Source: a virus
Length of the DNA: 64,000 nt
IMG/VR virus record: IMGVR_UViG_3300023174_000080
Coordinates: 54,947-118,946 of that record
Strand: one strand, 5' to 3'
A program made the position numbers and the translations under genes. Below, one piece after another: positions 11,418-20,397 of this stretch. Position 1 is the stretch's first letter, and the number at the start of each line of letters is the position of its first letter. The notes below the pieces were generated by a model. The model was not told the DNA's origin. It ran no database searches and saw only the letters and a list, made by a program, of their open reading frames with translations.

Positions 11418-13418
11418 ATGTCTATTCAGTATCCTACATTTCAAAGTAATCCAAGTGTTAATAGTCTTACAGCTTCTGCTGGTATTTCCAGTTCATTAGG
11501 GTTATTTACATCTTTAACAGGTTCTAATACTTATGTATCTGGCAACATTGGCATTGGAACGACAAGTCCAATAAAAGCATTACATCTTTCTGCTTCTTCC
11601 GGCGATCCGATGATGGTAGAAAACAGCCTACAAAATAATTTTAATAGAATTATTTATAAAAAACCATCTAGAATGTGGTCTTTAGGGCAAGACAGTGGAG
11701 ATGGATTTGCCTTAGCAGATGAAACAGCGCCGGGATATAGATTATATATAAGTAGCTCGGGAGATATCGGCATAGGAACAACTATTCCTGCTGCCAAACT
11801 AGACGTTCAAGGTACCGGTCGTTTTACCTCTAACGTTGAAATAACCGGTACTTTAAAAGGGATAACTGAGCTAACCGCTTCTGTTATTAGCGCATCATCT
11901 TACCTAGGAATATCTGCTGGAGAAAATGCTATATATGTCGGAAATAAAATAATTAGCGGTAGTTTATTGGTTTCTTCTTCAATAAGCACACTACAATCCA
12001 TCACTTCTTCTGGACCAGTATTATTAGATGGATTATATTTTGGAACTGGTAAATATGATACAATAAACAGCATAGCTATTGGCTATTTTGCTTTAGGTTC
12101 AACTTCTACCGGTACTAATAATATTGGGATTGGCTATCTTTCTGCTTATAATACCACGCAGGGTTCTAGAAACACTGCAATAGGCGATTCAGCTTTAAAT
12201 GCTAATACTACTGGCAATAATAATACCGCCGTTGGTAGAGCGGCTTTCTTAGCTTTAGCAAGTGGTAATAACAATTTAGGTTTAGGTTTGTCGGCGGGAT
12301 CTTCTAGTACCTCTTTAGAAAATTGTGTCATAATTGGTAGCAATAACGGTTCCACTATTAATGGTACTACCGGTTCTATCATTATTAGTGATGGAGCAGG
12401 AAATATAAGAATTCAAGCAAACAACACTGGTCTTGTAACTATTCCCGGTGCTTTAACTGTATCAGGAAATGTAATATTAGGTGATGCATCATCTGATAGT
12501 GTCACTGCTACAGCACAACTAACTGCTTCAACGGGTATTTCTAGTTCATTAGGACTATTTGCTGCAATAACTGGTTCTCATTCTGGGACTCTTGGTTTAT
12601 TTACAAATCTAACCGCTTCTAATATAAGCGGAACTAATAATTTATTCATCGGAAATTCCATTGGTATTGGAACCACTTCTCCATCTTTACAAGGAAATGG
12701 TAGCGGTCTTGAAATTAATGGTAGTAGCTATACGCAATTAAAACTAAGAAGTACAGCTAATGGAACTGCCGGTTTACAGCTTAGTAGTAGTGTCCGTCAA
12801 TTTGAAATTCAAAGTTCCGACCAAGGTTATTTTTTAGTCTATGATAGAAACGCATTACAATATAGATTACTTATTGATTCAAACGGTAAAGTTGGCTTTG
12901 GAACAACTACTCCTGCTACCGAATTAGATGTACGTGGAACAGGAAGTTTTTATTCTGTTAAATTTCCTTCTGTTCAATCTTCATCTACCGACCCAAACAC
13001 TCTTGATGATTATGAAGAAGGAACATGGACACCGGCTTTATCTGCTAGCATAACAAATACAGGTTTTGCTTACAATGCAACAAACACATCTGGCAGTTAT
13101 ATAAAAATTGGTAAAATGGTTAGATTGACAGGTAGATTAACTTTAACTGCAACTGGCAGTGCGGCAGGAAACATTTTTATCACTGGGTTGCCATTAGTTA
13201 ATGTAGATACAGGACAAGGAAACTTTGGAACGATGAATACAGCATTTTATCAATTTTTTGCTGCTGGTGTGACAAATGTATTTGGTCGTTTAGTTCAAGG
13301 AGCTAACGTAGTGACATTGGCAAAAGCTGGCACTGGGGCAACTGTAGATATGTCTGTTACTGATTTAACTACTACATCAGATATAATATTTGTTGTTCAT
13401 TATAATCACACAACTTAA
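11418..13418 (+). CDS. tail fibre / receptor-binding protein
   Basis: Four GxIGIGTTxP-type fibre repeats, NTAIG/NTAVG beta-roll repeats, and a C-terminal NTLDDYEEGTWTP...GSYIKIGKMV domain typical of phage fibre tips. Confidence 0.8.
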   Translation: MSIQYPTFQSNPSVNSLTASAGISSSLGLFTSLTGSNTYVSGNIGIGTTSPIKALHLSASSGDPMMVENSLQNNFNRIIYKKPSRMWSLGQDSGDGFALADETAPGYRLYISSSGDIGIGTTIPAAKLDVQGTGRFTSNVEITGTLKGITELTASVISASSYLGISAGENAIYVGNKIISGSLLVSSSISTLQSITSSGPVLLDGLYFGTGKYDTINSIAIGYFALGSTSTGTNNIGIGYLSAYNTTQGSRNTAIGDSALNANTTGNNNTAVGRAAFLALASGNNNLGLGLSAGSSSTSLENCVIIGSNNGSTINGTTGSIIISDGAGNIRIQANNTGLVTIPGALTVSGNVILGDASSDSVTATAQLTASTGISSSLGLFAAITGSHSGTLGLFTNLTASNISGTNNLFIGNSIGIGTTSPSLQGNGSGLEINGSSYTQLKLRSTANGTAGLQLSSSVRQFEIQSSDQGYFLVYDRNALQYRLLIDSNGKVGFGTTTPATELDVRGTGSFYSVKFPSVQSSSTDPNTLDDYEEGTWTPALSASITNTGFAYNATNTSGSYIKIGKMVRLTGRLTLTATGSAAGNIFITGLPLVNVDTGQGNFGTMNTAFYQFFAAGVTNVFGRLVQGANVVTLAKAGTGATVDMSVTDLTTTSDIIFVVHYNHTT

Positions 13419-13432
13419 TCAGGAGAAGCAAA

Positions 13433-13687
13433 ATGGCTTTAACAGAACGTAGTATAATTGATAAAATTGAAGTATTAGAAAATGGTATCATACAAGTTCG
13501 TCGTGCAGATATTGTAGAACGTGATGGTATAGAGATTGCTAAAAGCTATCATCGTTGGAGTTTAACTCCCGGTCAAGATTTAACAGGCCAAGAGCAACGT
13601 GTTATAGATGTAGCAAACGCAGTTTGGACAGCAGAAATTGTTTCTGCCTATCAAACGCAATTAAATAATACATCTATAACAGAATAA
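13433..13687 (+). CDS. small tail-fibre-associated protein (chaperone-like)
   Basis: 84 aa, DKIEV...IQVR...ERDG.EIAKSYHR, strong AGGAG RBS, directly follows the fibre gene. Confidence 0.6.
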   Translation: MALTERSIIDKIEVLENGIIQVRRADIVERDGIEIAKSYHRWSLTPGQDLTGQEQRVIDVANAVWTAEIVSAYQTQLNNTSITE

Positions 13688-13724
13688 TGAACGCTTTTTA
13701 AAGACATGATATAATTAGTGTATT

Positions 13725-14717
13725 ATGTCTTTATCTAATACTTCTTCGTATTATTCTTTCTTACCAAAAGATAGCAGCAGAGATTCTTATAAAAGTGTCG
13801 GCAAGGCTGATTACGCTTATCTAGATTTTGGTGATATTCTAACATCATCATATCCATTAAAAACAACTATTGATTGTTATCGTTATTCTGCTACATCAGA
13901 ATATGTTTCCACTAGAAAAAGAATTTATGCTTTAAAAAATACATTAAATTTTTATTCTAGCTATAGCCCACATTATAATTACAGTTCAAGTTATGGTGAT
14001 AAATCTAAGCAAGAAATAATATTATTAAGTATACCATCGATATTTTATGGCTCTTCTATAGATAAAGGCACTGTAGAATTGAGTTTTTATATATCTGGTA
14101 CTTTAATAGCTAAATTACAAGACGTAAATAAAAATGGCGAACTTATACAAACAATAGGAACTTTAGGTTCCGGTAATGTTGCTGGTGTTGTTTTATATAA
14201 TGAAGGATTTGTTCTTCTAACAGGCTCTTGGAATCTTGATAATATCCATACAGAAGAATACATATATAACCCTGACAATAGCGTAAGCACAGATAATCCC
14301 AAATGGTTATATTGGGGCGCAGGATTTTCAGCGCCAATTAATTATACTGTTTCTTCAAGTTATGATATAAAGTTTGAAGGAATAAATTATATAAATACAT
14401 TAACTATGTTTGCACACGCTGAGAAGGGTGAATACAATCATTCAAACAATCCAACATATGTAAAACATAGCCAACCAATATTTGTTGAGCCAAATATTTC
14501 TACAAATACATATGAAGAATATTCAAAGTATGAAATAAAAAACACTGTAAAATATCCATATGAAAATTATACAGGAAGTTTAGAAAAACAAACTTATATA
14601 TCAAAAATAGGTATTTTTGATGATAATAAGAATCTTATTGCTATAGCTAAATTCGCAAAACCTATAAGAAAAAGTGAAAATCGTGATTTTACGTTCAAAC
14701 TTAAATTAGATATCTAA
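13725..14717 (+). CDS. baseplate/tail-collar-type structural protein (paralogue of 9161, lacking its N-terminus)
   Basis: AGVVLYNEG, YNHSNNPTY and YISKIGIFDDNKNLIAIAKFAKPIRK align with equivalent segments of the 9161 protein. Confidence 0.55.
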   Translation: MSLSNTSSYYSFLPKDSSRDSYKSVGKADYAYLDFGDILTSSYPLKTTIDCYRYSATSEYVSTRKRIYALKNTLNFYSSYSPHYNYSSSYGDKSKQEIILLSIPSIFYGSSIDKGTVELSFYISGTLIAKLQDVNKNGELIQTIGTLGSGNVAGVVLYNEGFVLLTGSWNLDNIHTEEYIYNPDNSVSTDNPKWLYWGAGFSAPINYTVSSSYDIKFEGINYINTLTMFAHAEKGEYNHSNNPTYVKHSQPIFVEPNISTNTYEEYSKYEIKNTVKYPYENYTGSLEKQTYISKIGIFDDNKNLIAIAKFAKPIRKSENRDFTFKLKLDI

Positions 14718-16711
14718 TGAGTAATACTACAGACACAGAATTGACAAAAAATATTGTTTTGTCTCAAGCAGCTATTGAAACAGTAGATTCTGCCATATTT
14801 AATTACGTACAAAAATTAGATATTTTCTGTACTACCAATGAGGGCTGGAATAAAATCCCAGTCATTTGGGCTTCTGCTGAAAGATCTTATCAGATAAAAA
14901 ATAATAAATCTTTACGTGATAAAGATGGAACTTTGATATCACCAATTATTTCCATAGAAAGAATTGGTATAACAAAAGATGTAAATAAAAAAGGTAATTT
15001 TCAAGCTAATTTATCGCCAAAAGACGATAGATATTATGTTAGTAGCATATTAAATCAAGATAAAACTTCTAATTTTGCTAACGCTGATTCTTTAAAACAA
15101 TCTGGTGGTCTGAACATTGTTACATCGAAGAAAAATAAAAAGAAAGTAGTACAACATTTAAAAGTACCAATTCCGATTTATGTAACAATACAGTATAAAA
15201 TTAATATATTTACAAATTATCAAACTCAAATGAATGATGCGATACAGCCTTTTATGGCACGTACCGCTCAAGGTTATTTTACAATTAAAGAAGATGACTA
15301 TAGATTTGAATGCTTTATAGATCCAAATTATGCACAAGAAAGTGTTGCTGATTTAGGAGAGGACGAGCGCAAATTTAAAAGTACTATAACTATAAATATA
15401 TTAGGACAATTATTAGGTGAAGGTGCTAACCAAGAAAAACCTAATGTATTAATAGATGAAAGTCCTGTTGAAATAAAAATACCAACAGAAAAAGTTATAA
15501 CCGATACAACCCCATTAAAAAAAAATAGAAAAGACACTTCTAGTGCGTTAAAACTAGATTCTGCAAAATCTTCTACTACTTTAAAAAGAAATTCCCTACA
15601 AGATAGTGTTTCAAAGCAAAAATCAACTAGTGGACAAGTAAACCCTAGCGAAAAAACAAAAAATAATATCCTATCAGCTAGTAATATTGAAACTATTGAT
15701 TCTGCTTTTTTGGATCATGTAGAACAATTAAATATTTTTTGTAATACTAATAATGGTTGGAATAAAGTACCAATTATCTGGGGGTCAGCCGAAAGAGCAT
15801 TTCAGGTAAAAAATAACAAATTGTTACGCGATGCTAATGGTTCTTTAATCACACCTGTTATATCTCTAGAAAGAGCAGCAGTAGTTAAAGATCCTAATAA
15901 AAAAGGCAACTTTCAAGCAAATTTATCTCCAAAAGATGATAGATATTATATAACTAAGATATTAAATCAAGATAAAACATCTAATTTTGCTAATGCTGAT
16001 TCTTTAAGACATAACGATCAAGTAAACTTCGTTACTTCTAAAAAAAATAAAAAAATAGTTTATCAAAATTTAGCTGTTAGAATACCAACATATATTTTAG
16101 TTGATTATAAAATTAATATTTTAACAAGTTATCAGTTACAAATGAATGAAATAGTACAAACATTCATGGCTAAAACAGCACAGAACTATTTTATCATTTC
16201 TAAAGATGATCATAGATATGAATGTTTTATGAATCCTGAATTCAATCAGGAAAGTATAGCTGATTTAGGTGAAGAAGAACGTAAATTTAAATTAACTATT
16301 ACTGTAAAAGTATTAGGCTACCTTGTCGGTGAAGGCGAAAATAATACTGATAGAAATATAGATATTAATGAAAATCCAGTAGAAATTAAATTTCCAAAAG
16401 AAAAAATAATAATTGATGGCCCTAAAAAGAAAAAGAAAAAAGAAATAGGCGATAGCTATGGCGATGAAACACCAGCGTCAACTACTACTGGGGCGATTAA
16501 AAAAACATTCATTATAGGGAACGGCTCAGATTCAGTGTATACAATAGTTCATGGTTTAAATACACGCGATGCATATGTATCAGTAAGAGAAGATTTTGGT
16601 AATTTTTACCAAGTTATCGCTCATGTTGAATTTCCTACTTTAAATTCAATAGAGGTGGATGTAGGCGATATTATTGATGAAAATAGCCATGTGGTTACAA
16701 TTATTGGCTAA
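14717..16711 (+). CDS. tail-terminator/sheath-stabiliser (T4 gp15-like) protein with a tandemly duplicated domain
   Basis: Two ~250-aa copies (IETVDSA...KIPVIWASAERSYQIK...LISPIISIER and IETIDSA...KVPIIWGSAERAFQVK...LITPVISLER) plus a small C-terminal HGLNTRD beta domain. Confidence 0.6.
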   Translation: MSNTTDTELTKNIVLSQAAIETVDSAIFNYVQKLDIFCTTNEGWNKIPVIWASAERSYQIKNNKSLRDKDGTLISPIISIERIGITKDVNKKGNFQANLSPKDDRYYVSSILNQDKTSNFANADSLKQSGGLNIVTSKKNKKKVVQHLKVPIPIYVTIQYKINIFTNYQTQMNDAIQPFMARTAQGYFTIKEDDYRFECFIDPNYAQESVADLGEDERKFKSTITINILGQLLGEGANQEKPNVLIDESPVEIKIPTEKVITDTTPLKKNRKDTSSALKLDSAKSSTTLKRNSLQDSVSKQKSTSGQVNPSEKTKNNILSASNIETIDSAFLDHVEQLNIFCNTNNGWNKVPIIWGSAERAFQVKNNKLLRDANGSLITPVISLERAAVVKDPNKKGNFQANLSPKDDRYYITKILNQDKTSNFANADSLRHNDQVNFVTSKKNKKIVYQNLAVRIPTYILVDYKINILTSYQLQMNEIVQTFMAKTAQNYFIISKDDHRYECFMNPEFNQESIADLGEEERKFKLTITVKVLGYLVGEGENNTDRNIDINENPVEIKFPKEKIIIDGPKKKKKKEIGDSYGDETPASTTTGAIKKTFIIGNGSDSVYTIVHGLNTRDAYVSVREDFGNFYQVIAHVEFPTLNSIEVDVGDIIDENSHVVTIIG

Positions 16712-16746
16712 GTAAAATCCGAAATAATTCTTTTCCTAAAAATAAA

Positions 16747-16755
16747 ACTATTTAT
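16747..16755 (+). promoter_or_regulatory. putative late promoter motif ACTATTTAT
   Basis: Exact intergenic copy upstream of the 16834 gene. Confidence 0.65.
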
Positions 16756-16758
16756 TAT

Positions 16759-16802
16759 ATAGCGATTTTAATCGGTTGTTAAGGTTAAGGCGCTATTTTT
16801 TT
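16759..16802 (+). terminator. possible intrinsic terminator abutting the late promoter
   Basis: ATAGCG...CGCTAT stem with a G-U-rich inner extension, followed by T7. Confidence 0.4.
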
Positions 16803-16833
16803 ATCCGCCCATAGGGCAAGGAAAAGTATTACA

Positions 16834-18369
16834 ATGGCAAATCCATTAAAGATTTTAACAGTTTTGACAGCTTCTGAAGCTGCTCAATTCAAAAAAGCAG
16901 TTCAAGTTGAAACTGGCGGTTTAACAGTTTCTGCTGGCGACACAACCGTTCAAAATTTATATGCTGCAAATCTTAGCGGTTCAGGCACAGCACAAGTAGG
17001 TGGTGCATTAACTGTAGCAGGCAACGCAGTATTAACAACTGTAAGCGCTTCTAGCGTAAGCGCATCTGGTGATATGACCATGCGCGATGCAGTATTACGT
17101 AACGCCAATTTATCAGGCGATGCATATTTACAAAACGCTTATTTAACTAACGCATATCTAAGCGGCGCAGCAACATTTATTGATGGCGTATCTTTCAATT
17201 CCGTCACAAGCTCAATCAAAACATTGATCACTAACGAAGCTAGCGCACGTATCGCTGGTGATATTGCCGTTGCTGCAACTGCATCTGCTAACTTAAACAC
17301 CGTTTCTGGTGCTTTAAAAACATATGTTGATTCACGCGATACAGCAATTTCTGGTGCATTTAAAACTTACGTAGACGCACAAGACAGTGCTCTATCTAGC
17401 TCAATGAAGACCTACGTAGATGCACAAGACACAGCACTTTCTGGCGCATTAAAAACATACGTAGATGCAGCAGATGGCGTATTAGATGGCAGAATTTCTT
17501 CTGTTTCAGGTGCTATCAAGTCTTATGTAGATGCACAAGATACAGCACTTTCTGGCGCTGTTTCTTCTTCACTCGCAGCAGAAGCTTCAGCACGTATCGC
17601 TGAAGATTTGAAATTCTTATATCTAGATGGTACTCGCGCAATGACTGGCGATTTAAATATGGGTAGCAAAAACATCACCTCTGCAAAGAGTGGTTCATTC
17701 TCAGGTGACGTAACAGTTGGCGGTAACTTACAAGTTAATGGTCAATTAACCTACATCAACAGCGTAAACCTTGAAGTAACCGATAAATTAGTAACTATCG
17801 CAAAAGGTGCAGCTAATGGTGCAGCAGCAGATGGTGCAGGTATCGAAGTAGACGGTGCAGGCGTAAGCTTCAAATATGATAACGCAGCAGGTAAATGGGT
17901 ATCAGACATTGGCTTAAGCGTTGCTAACGAAGCAAGCTTTGGTGGTGCTATGAAGCTTTCTGGCTCTGCATTCTCCTATATCGCTACACCAATCGTAAGC
18001 AACAAATATGATGTAAACGCCGCTATTCGCGCATTAGACGTAGCAGTAAGCGGTGCAGTAAATGCTGGTTCTTCTGATTTAAACACCTTGAAGAGCAACT
18101 ATGATGCACTACGTCAAGTTGTAACTGGTACATTAAGCAGCGGTACAGCATTGTTAACCTTAGCTGGCGCACAATTCGCAGCAGGACAAATTGATAATCT
18201 AGCATTAGACGTAATGATTGATGCAGATAACACTGGCTATACAAACGACTTGGTAGCAATCAAAATGTTTGCAGACGGTGCAAATGTCAAAGTACAAATT
18301 GATGCTCCAGCAGCAGCAAGCGCTAAGTATCGCTTAATCGTTGTAAACGAAGCAGACGGCAAGCTCTAA
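16834..18369 (+). CDS. fibre/whisker-like virion protein with coiled-coil repeats
   Basis: 18-aa repeats KTYVDAQDTALSGAL, LYLDGTRAMTGDLNMG, and a C-terminal domain shared with the 18917 and 20398 proteins. Confidence 0.65.
   Translation: MANPLKILTVLTASEAAQFKKAVQVETGGLTVSAGDTTVQNLYAANLSGSGTAQVGGALTVAGNAVLTTVSASSVSASGDMTMRDAVLRNANLSGDAYLQNAYLTNAYLSGAATFIDGVSFNSVTSSIKTLITNEASARIAGDIAVAATASANLNTVSGALKTYVDSRDTAISGAFKTYVDAQDSALSSSMKTYVDAQDTALSGALKTYVDAADGVLDGRISSVSGAIKSYVDAQDTALSGAVSSSLAAEASARIAEDLKFLYLDGTRAMTGDLNMGSKNITSAKSGSFSGDVTVGGNLQVNGQLTYINSVNLEVTDKLVTIAKGAANGAAADGAGIEVDGAGVSFKYDNAAGKWVSDIGLSVANEASFGGAMKLSGSAFSYIATPIVSNKYDVNAAIRALDVAVSGAVNAGSSDLNTLKSNYDALRQVVTGTLSSGTALLTLAGAQFAAGQIDNLALDVMIDADNTGYTNDLVAIKMFADGANVKVQIDAPAAASAKYRLIVVNEADGKL
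17300..17560 (+). repeat. coding 54-nt-period repeats (18-aa coiled-coil units)
   Basis: GTAGATGCACAAGA(C/T)ACAGCACTTTCTGGCGC and degenerate copies recur. Confidence 0.7.
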
Positions 18370-18402
18370 TAATTAGAGATAACTTATTGTTAGAATAGGT
18401 TA

Positions 18403-18440
18403 AGGGGGGGAGGCAGAAATGCCTCCCTTTCTTTTTATTT
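18403..18440 (+). terminator. intrinsic terminator
   Basis: GGGAGGCA-GAAA-TGCCTCCC followed by TTTCTTTTT. Confidence 0.85.
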
Positions 18441-18443
18441 TTA

Positions 18444-18452
18444 ACTATTTAT
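18444..18452 (+). promoter_or_regulatory. putative late promoter motif ACTATTTAT
   Basis: Exact copy immediately after the terminator, 4 nt before ATG 18457. Confidence 0.6.
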
Positions 18453-18456
18453 TACT

Positions 18457-18660
18457 ATGAAACGTAAAATAACTTATCTTATTAAAGACTTTGATAAAAT
18501 AATGCGCGAGATATTGCCACATACTGGAGATTTTCGCAAAGAAGTCATGTTGTTAAAACGTAAGGAAGAATTTATAGAAATAATAGATAACATGGCAGAA
18601 AAATACGATAAAATTATTGAGCTAATAGAAAACGAAAAGGATCTACCAGATGAAATATAA
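18457..18660 (+). CDS. small charged hypothetical protein
   Basis: 67-aa ORF overlapping the next gene. Confidence 0.5.
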   Translation: MKRKITYLIKDFDKIMREILPHTGDFRKEVMLLKRKEEFIEIIDNMAEKYDKIIELIENEKDLPDEI

Positions 18661-18904
18661 ATTTTCTTTTATTCAAGTAACTAATTGGTTAATGATTTGT
18701 CGTGATAATCTTAAAAAAATTCGTGAAGAAGCTAATGAAGGTTTCCAAGATAAGGAGAAAGTTATAGAAAAATTAAAAAAACAAAAGCGCGATCTTTTGT
18801 TGGTTAAAGATATTTTAAATAGAAAAATTAAGCTACATGGGATTAGCCCTGATTTCTTGAAAAATTTAAAAACCATCAAGAAAGAATACGGTATAGAAGA
18901 TTAA
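18650..18904 (+). CDS. small basic helical hypothetical protein
   Basis: 84-aa ORF with AAGGA RBS. Confidence 0.5.
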   Translation: MKYKFSFIQVTNWLMICRDNLKKIREEANEGFQDKEKVIEKLKKQKRDLLLVKDILNRKIKLHGISPDFLKNLKTIKKEYGIED

Positions 18905-18916
18905 GGAAAATAAAAG

Positions 18917-20356
18917 ATGGCAGTTAAGCCAGCAAAAGCGATTGCGGATTTACTTGCGCGAAAGCAGATATTAAAAGTCGATAAAGAAAACAATATTCTT
19001 TTTAAAGTTTCTGGATCTTTAGGTTCTGGTGCTGTTAGTTCATCATTGCCGGTAACAGCATCTGGATATTTTTCTGCTTTTGATTCTTTTATTTCTGGAA
19101 CATTAACTACTAAAAACTTAGCAATCTCTGATGAAAAAAGTTATGTAAATATAAATCAATTAAGCAATGTTTCTGCTTCTGATGCTACGGAAGGAAAATT
19201 TCTTACATATGATGGTACTAATTGGATCCCTTCAGAAATACAAGTTAATGCAGGCATAGGAGCGCAAAGTTATTCAAGTTTAAGGTATCATTCAGATGGT
19301 TTATTTTATAATAATGATACGATAATATTAAATTTGCCTTTATCTTCTGCTTATGGTCCTAGCTTCCCAGTAGAATCAATAAATTATTTTACGTATAATT
19401 TGTTAGTCCAAGAAACATCAGAATCTAGCTGGAGAAATGATTTAGCATCTGTAGAATTCGTAGTTACTGGTACAGGGACTCCATATGTTGCAGCGGTAAT
19501 TAACGCTCCGTTTGTTCCTTATGCATATACATTTAATGCGACAAATGAAAATACAGCTGACTTAAGAACTTCTGTTGCATTTAACGGTTTTGGTGTTTCA
19601 GAAGAATCTTATAATCGTTTACGTTTTCATGATTTTGGTTTTTTTACTAGCGATGCGGCAGAAATACCCCTACCAGTTTCTTCTACTTTTGGCGTTTCTT
19701 TTCCTACAGGTTCATTAAAATATATAACCTATAATGTTCTTATAAAAGAAACTGAATTTTCAAATTGGAAAAATGATCTAGCATCAGTAGAATTTAAAAT
19801 TTCTGGTTCCCAAATATGGGCAGTTATTTCTGCTCCTGCTCAACCATACGCATACACCTTCAATGCTACTAATAATAATCCAATAGATGTTCCATCAGAC
19901 GTTTCTATTGCAAATTATACAAACATTTATGTTTCAAATAATGCTGAGATACTTGGAGATTTAACAGTTAAAGGTACGAATGAGCTATCTAATATAGGGT
20001 ATAATCTTCTTGTTGATGATTTATATAATGTAGCAGATGTATTTTCTGCCGTTGATACAAGATTTGCTCAATTAGTAACCAATTTTAATAATTTGCGTGA
20101 AGTTCAAATAGGAAATTTTGACATTTACGGAAACAAAACTATCGTACTTAATAATTTTACAGCTGATGATATTGATTATCTATCACTTGATGTAATGGTT
20201 AAATATAGTGGTAGTTCTCAATACGTTAATGATTTAATAAGTGTACGAATGTCGGGAACCTTATCTAACCAAATAAGTATCGAAATTGATGCTCCTAGCG
20301 TAACCTATGAAGATTTTTATAGAATTATTGCAGTAAAAGAGACAGGAAGCATTTAA
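18917..20356 (+). CDS. fibre-family virion protein with three copies of a shared C-terminal-type domain
   Basis: YxxLR...LP...F...NDLASVEF...I(N/S)AP...YAYTFNATN occurs twice, followed by a terminal LDVMVK...NDLISV...IDAP...YRIIAVKE. Confidence 0.6.
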   Translation: MAVKPAKAIADLLARKQILKVDKENNILFKVSGSLGSGAVSSSLPVTASGYFSAFDSFISGTLTTKNLAISDEKSYVNINQLSNVSASDATEGKFLTYDGTNWIPSEIQVNAGIGAQSYSSLRYHSDGLFYNNDTIILNLPLSSAYGPSFPVESINYFTYNLLVQETSESSWRNDLASVEFVVTGTGTPYVAAVINAPFVPYAYTFNATNENTADLRTSVAFNGFGVSEESYNRLRFHDFGFFTSDAAEIPLPVSSTFGVSFPTGSLKYITYNVLIKETEFSNWKNDLASVEFKISGSQIWAVISAPAQPYAYTFNATNNNPIDVPSDVSIANYTNIYVSNNAEILGDLTVKGTNELSNIGYNLLVDDLYNVADVFSAVDTRFAQLVTNFNNLREVQIGNFDIYGNKTIVLNNFTADDIDYLSLDVMVKYSGSSQYVNDLISVRMSGTLSNQISIEIDAPSVTYEDFYRIIAVKETGSI

Positions 20357-20360
20357 ACAA

Positions 20361-20369
20361 ACTATTTAT
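20361..20369 (+). promoter_or_regulatory. putative late promoter motif ACTATTTAT
   Basis: Exact intergenic copy upstream of the 20398 gene. Confidence 0.65.
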
Positions 20370-20397
20370 TACAAATTGTAAAAAGGAGATTAAATAA

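Noticed and set aside
14717-16420. Assembly artefact as the cause of the internal duplication
   Set aside because: The two copies differ at many nucleotide and amino-acid positions while keeping the reading frame.
17300-17560. Direct repeats as a CRISPR array or DGR template/variable repeat
   Set aside because: They are degenerate in-frame coding repeats without unique spacers or A-specific differences; no cas or reverse transcriptase gene is seen.
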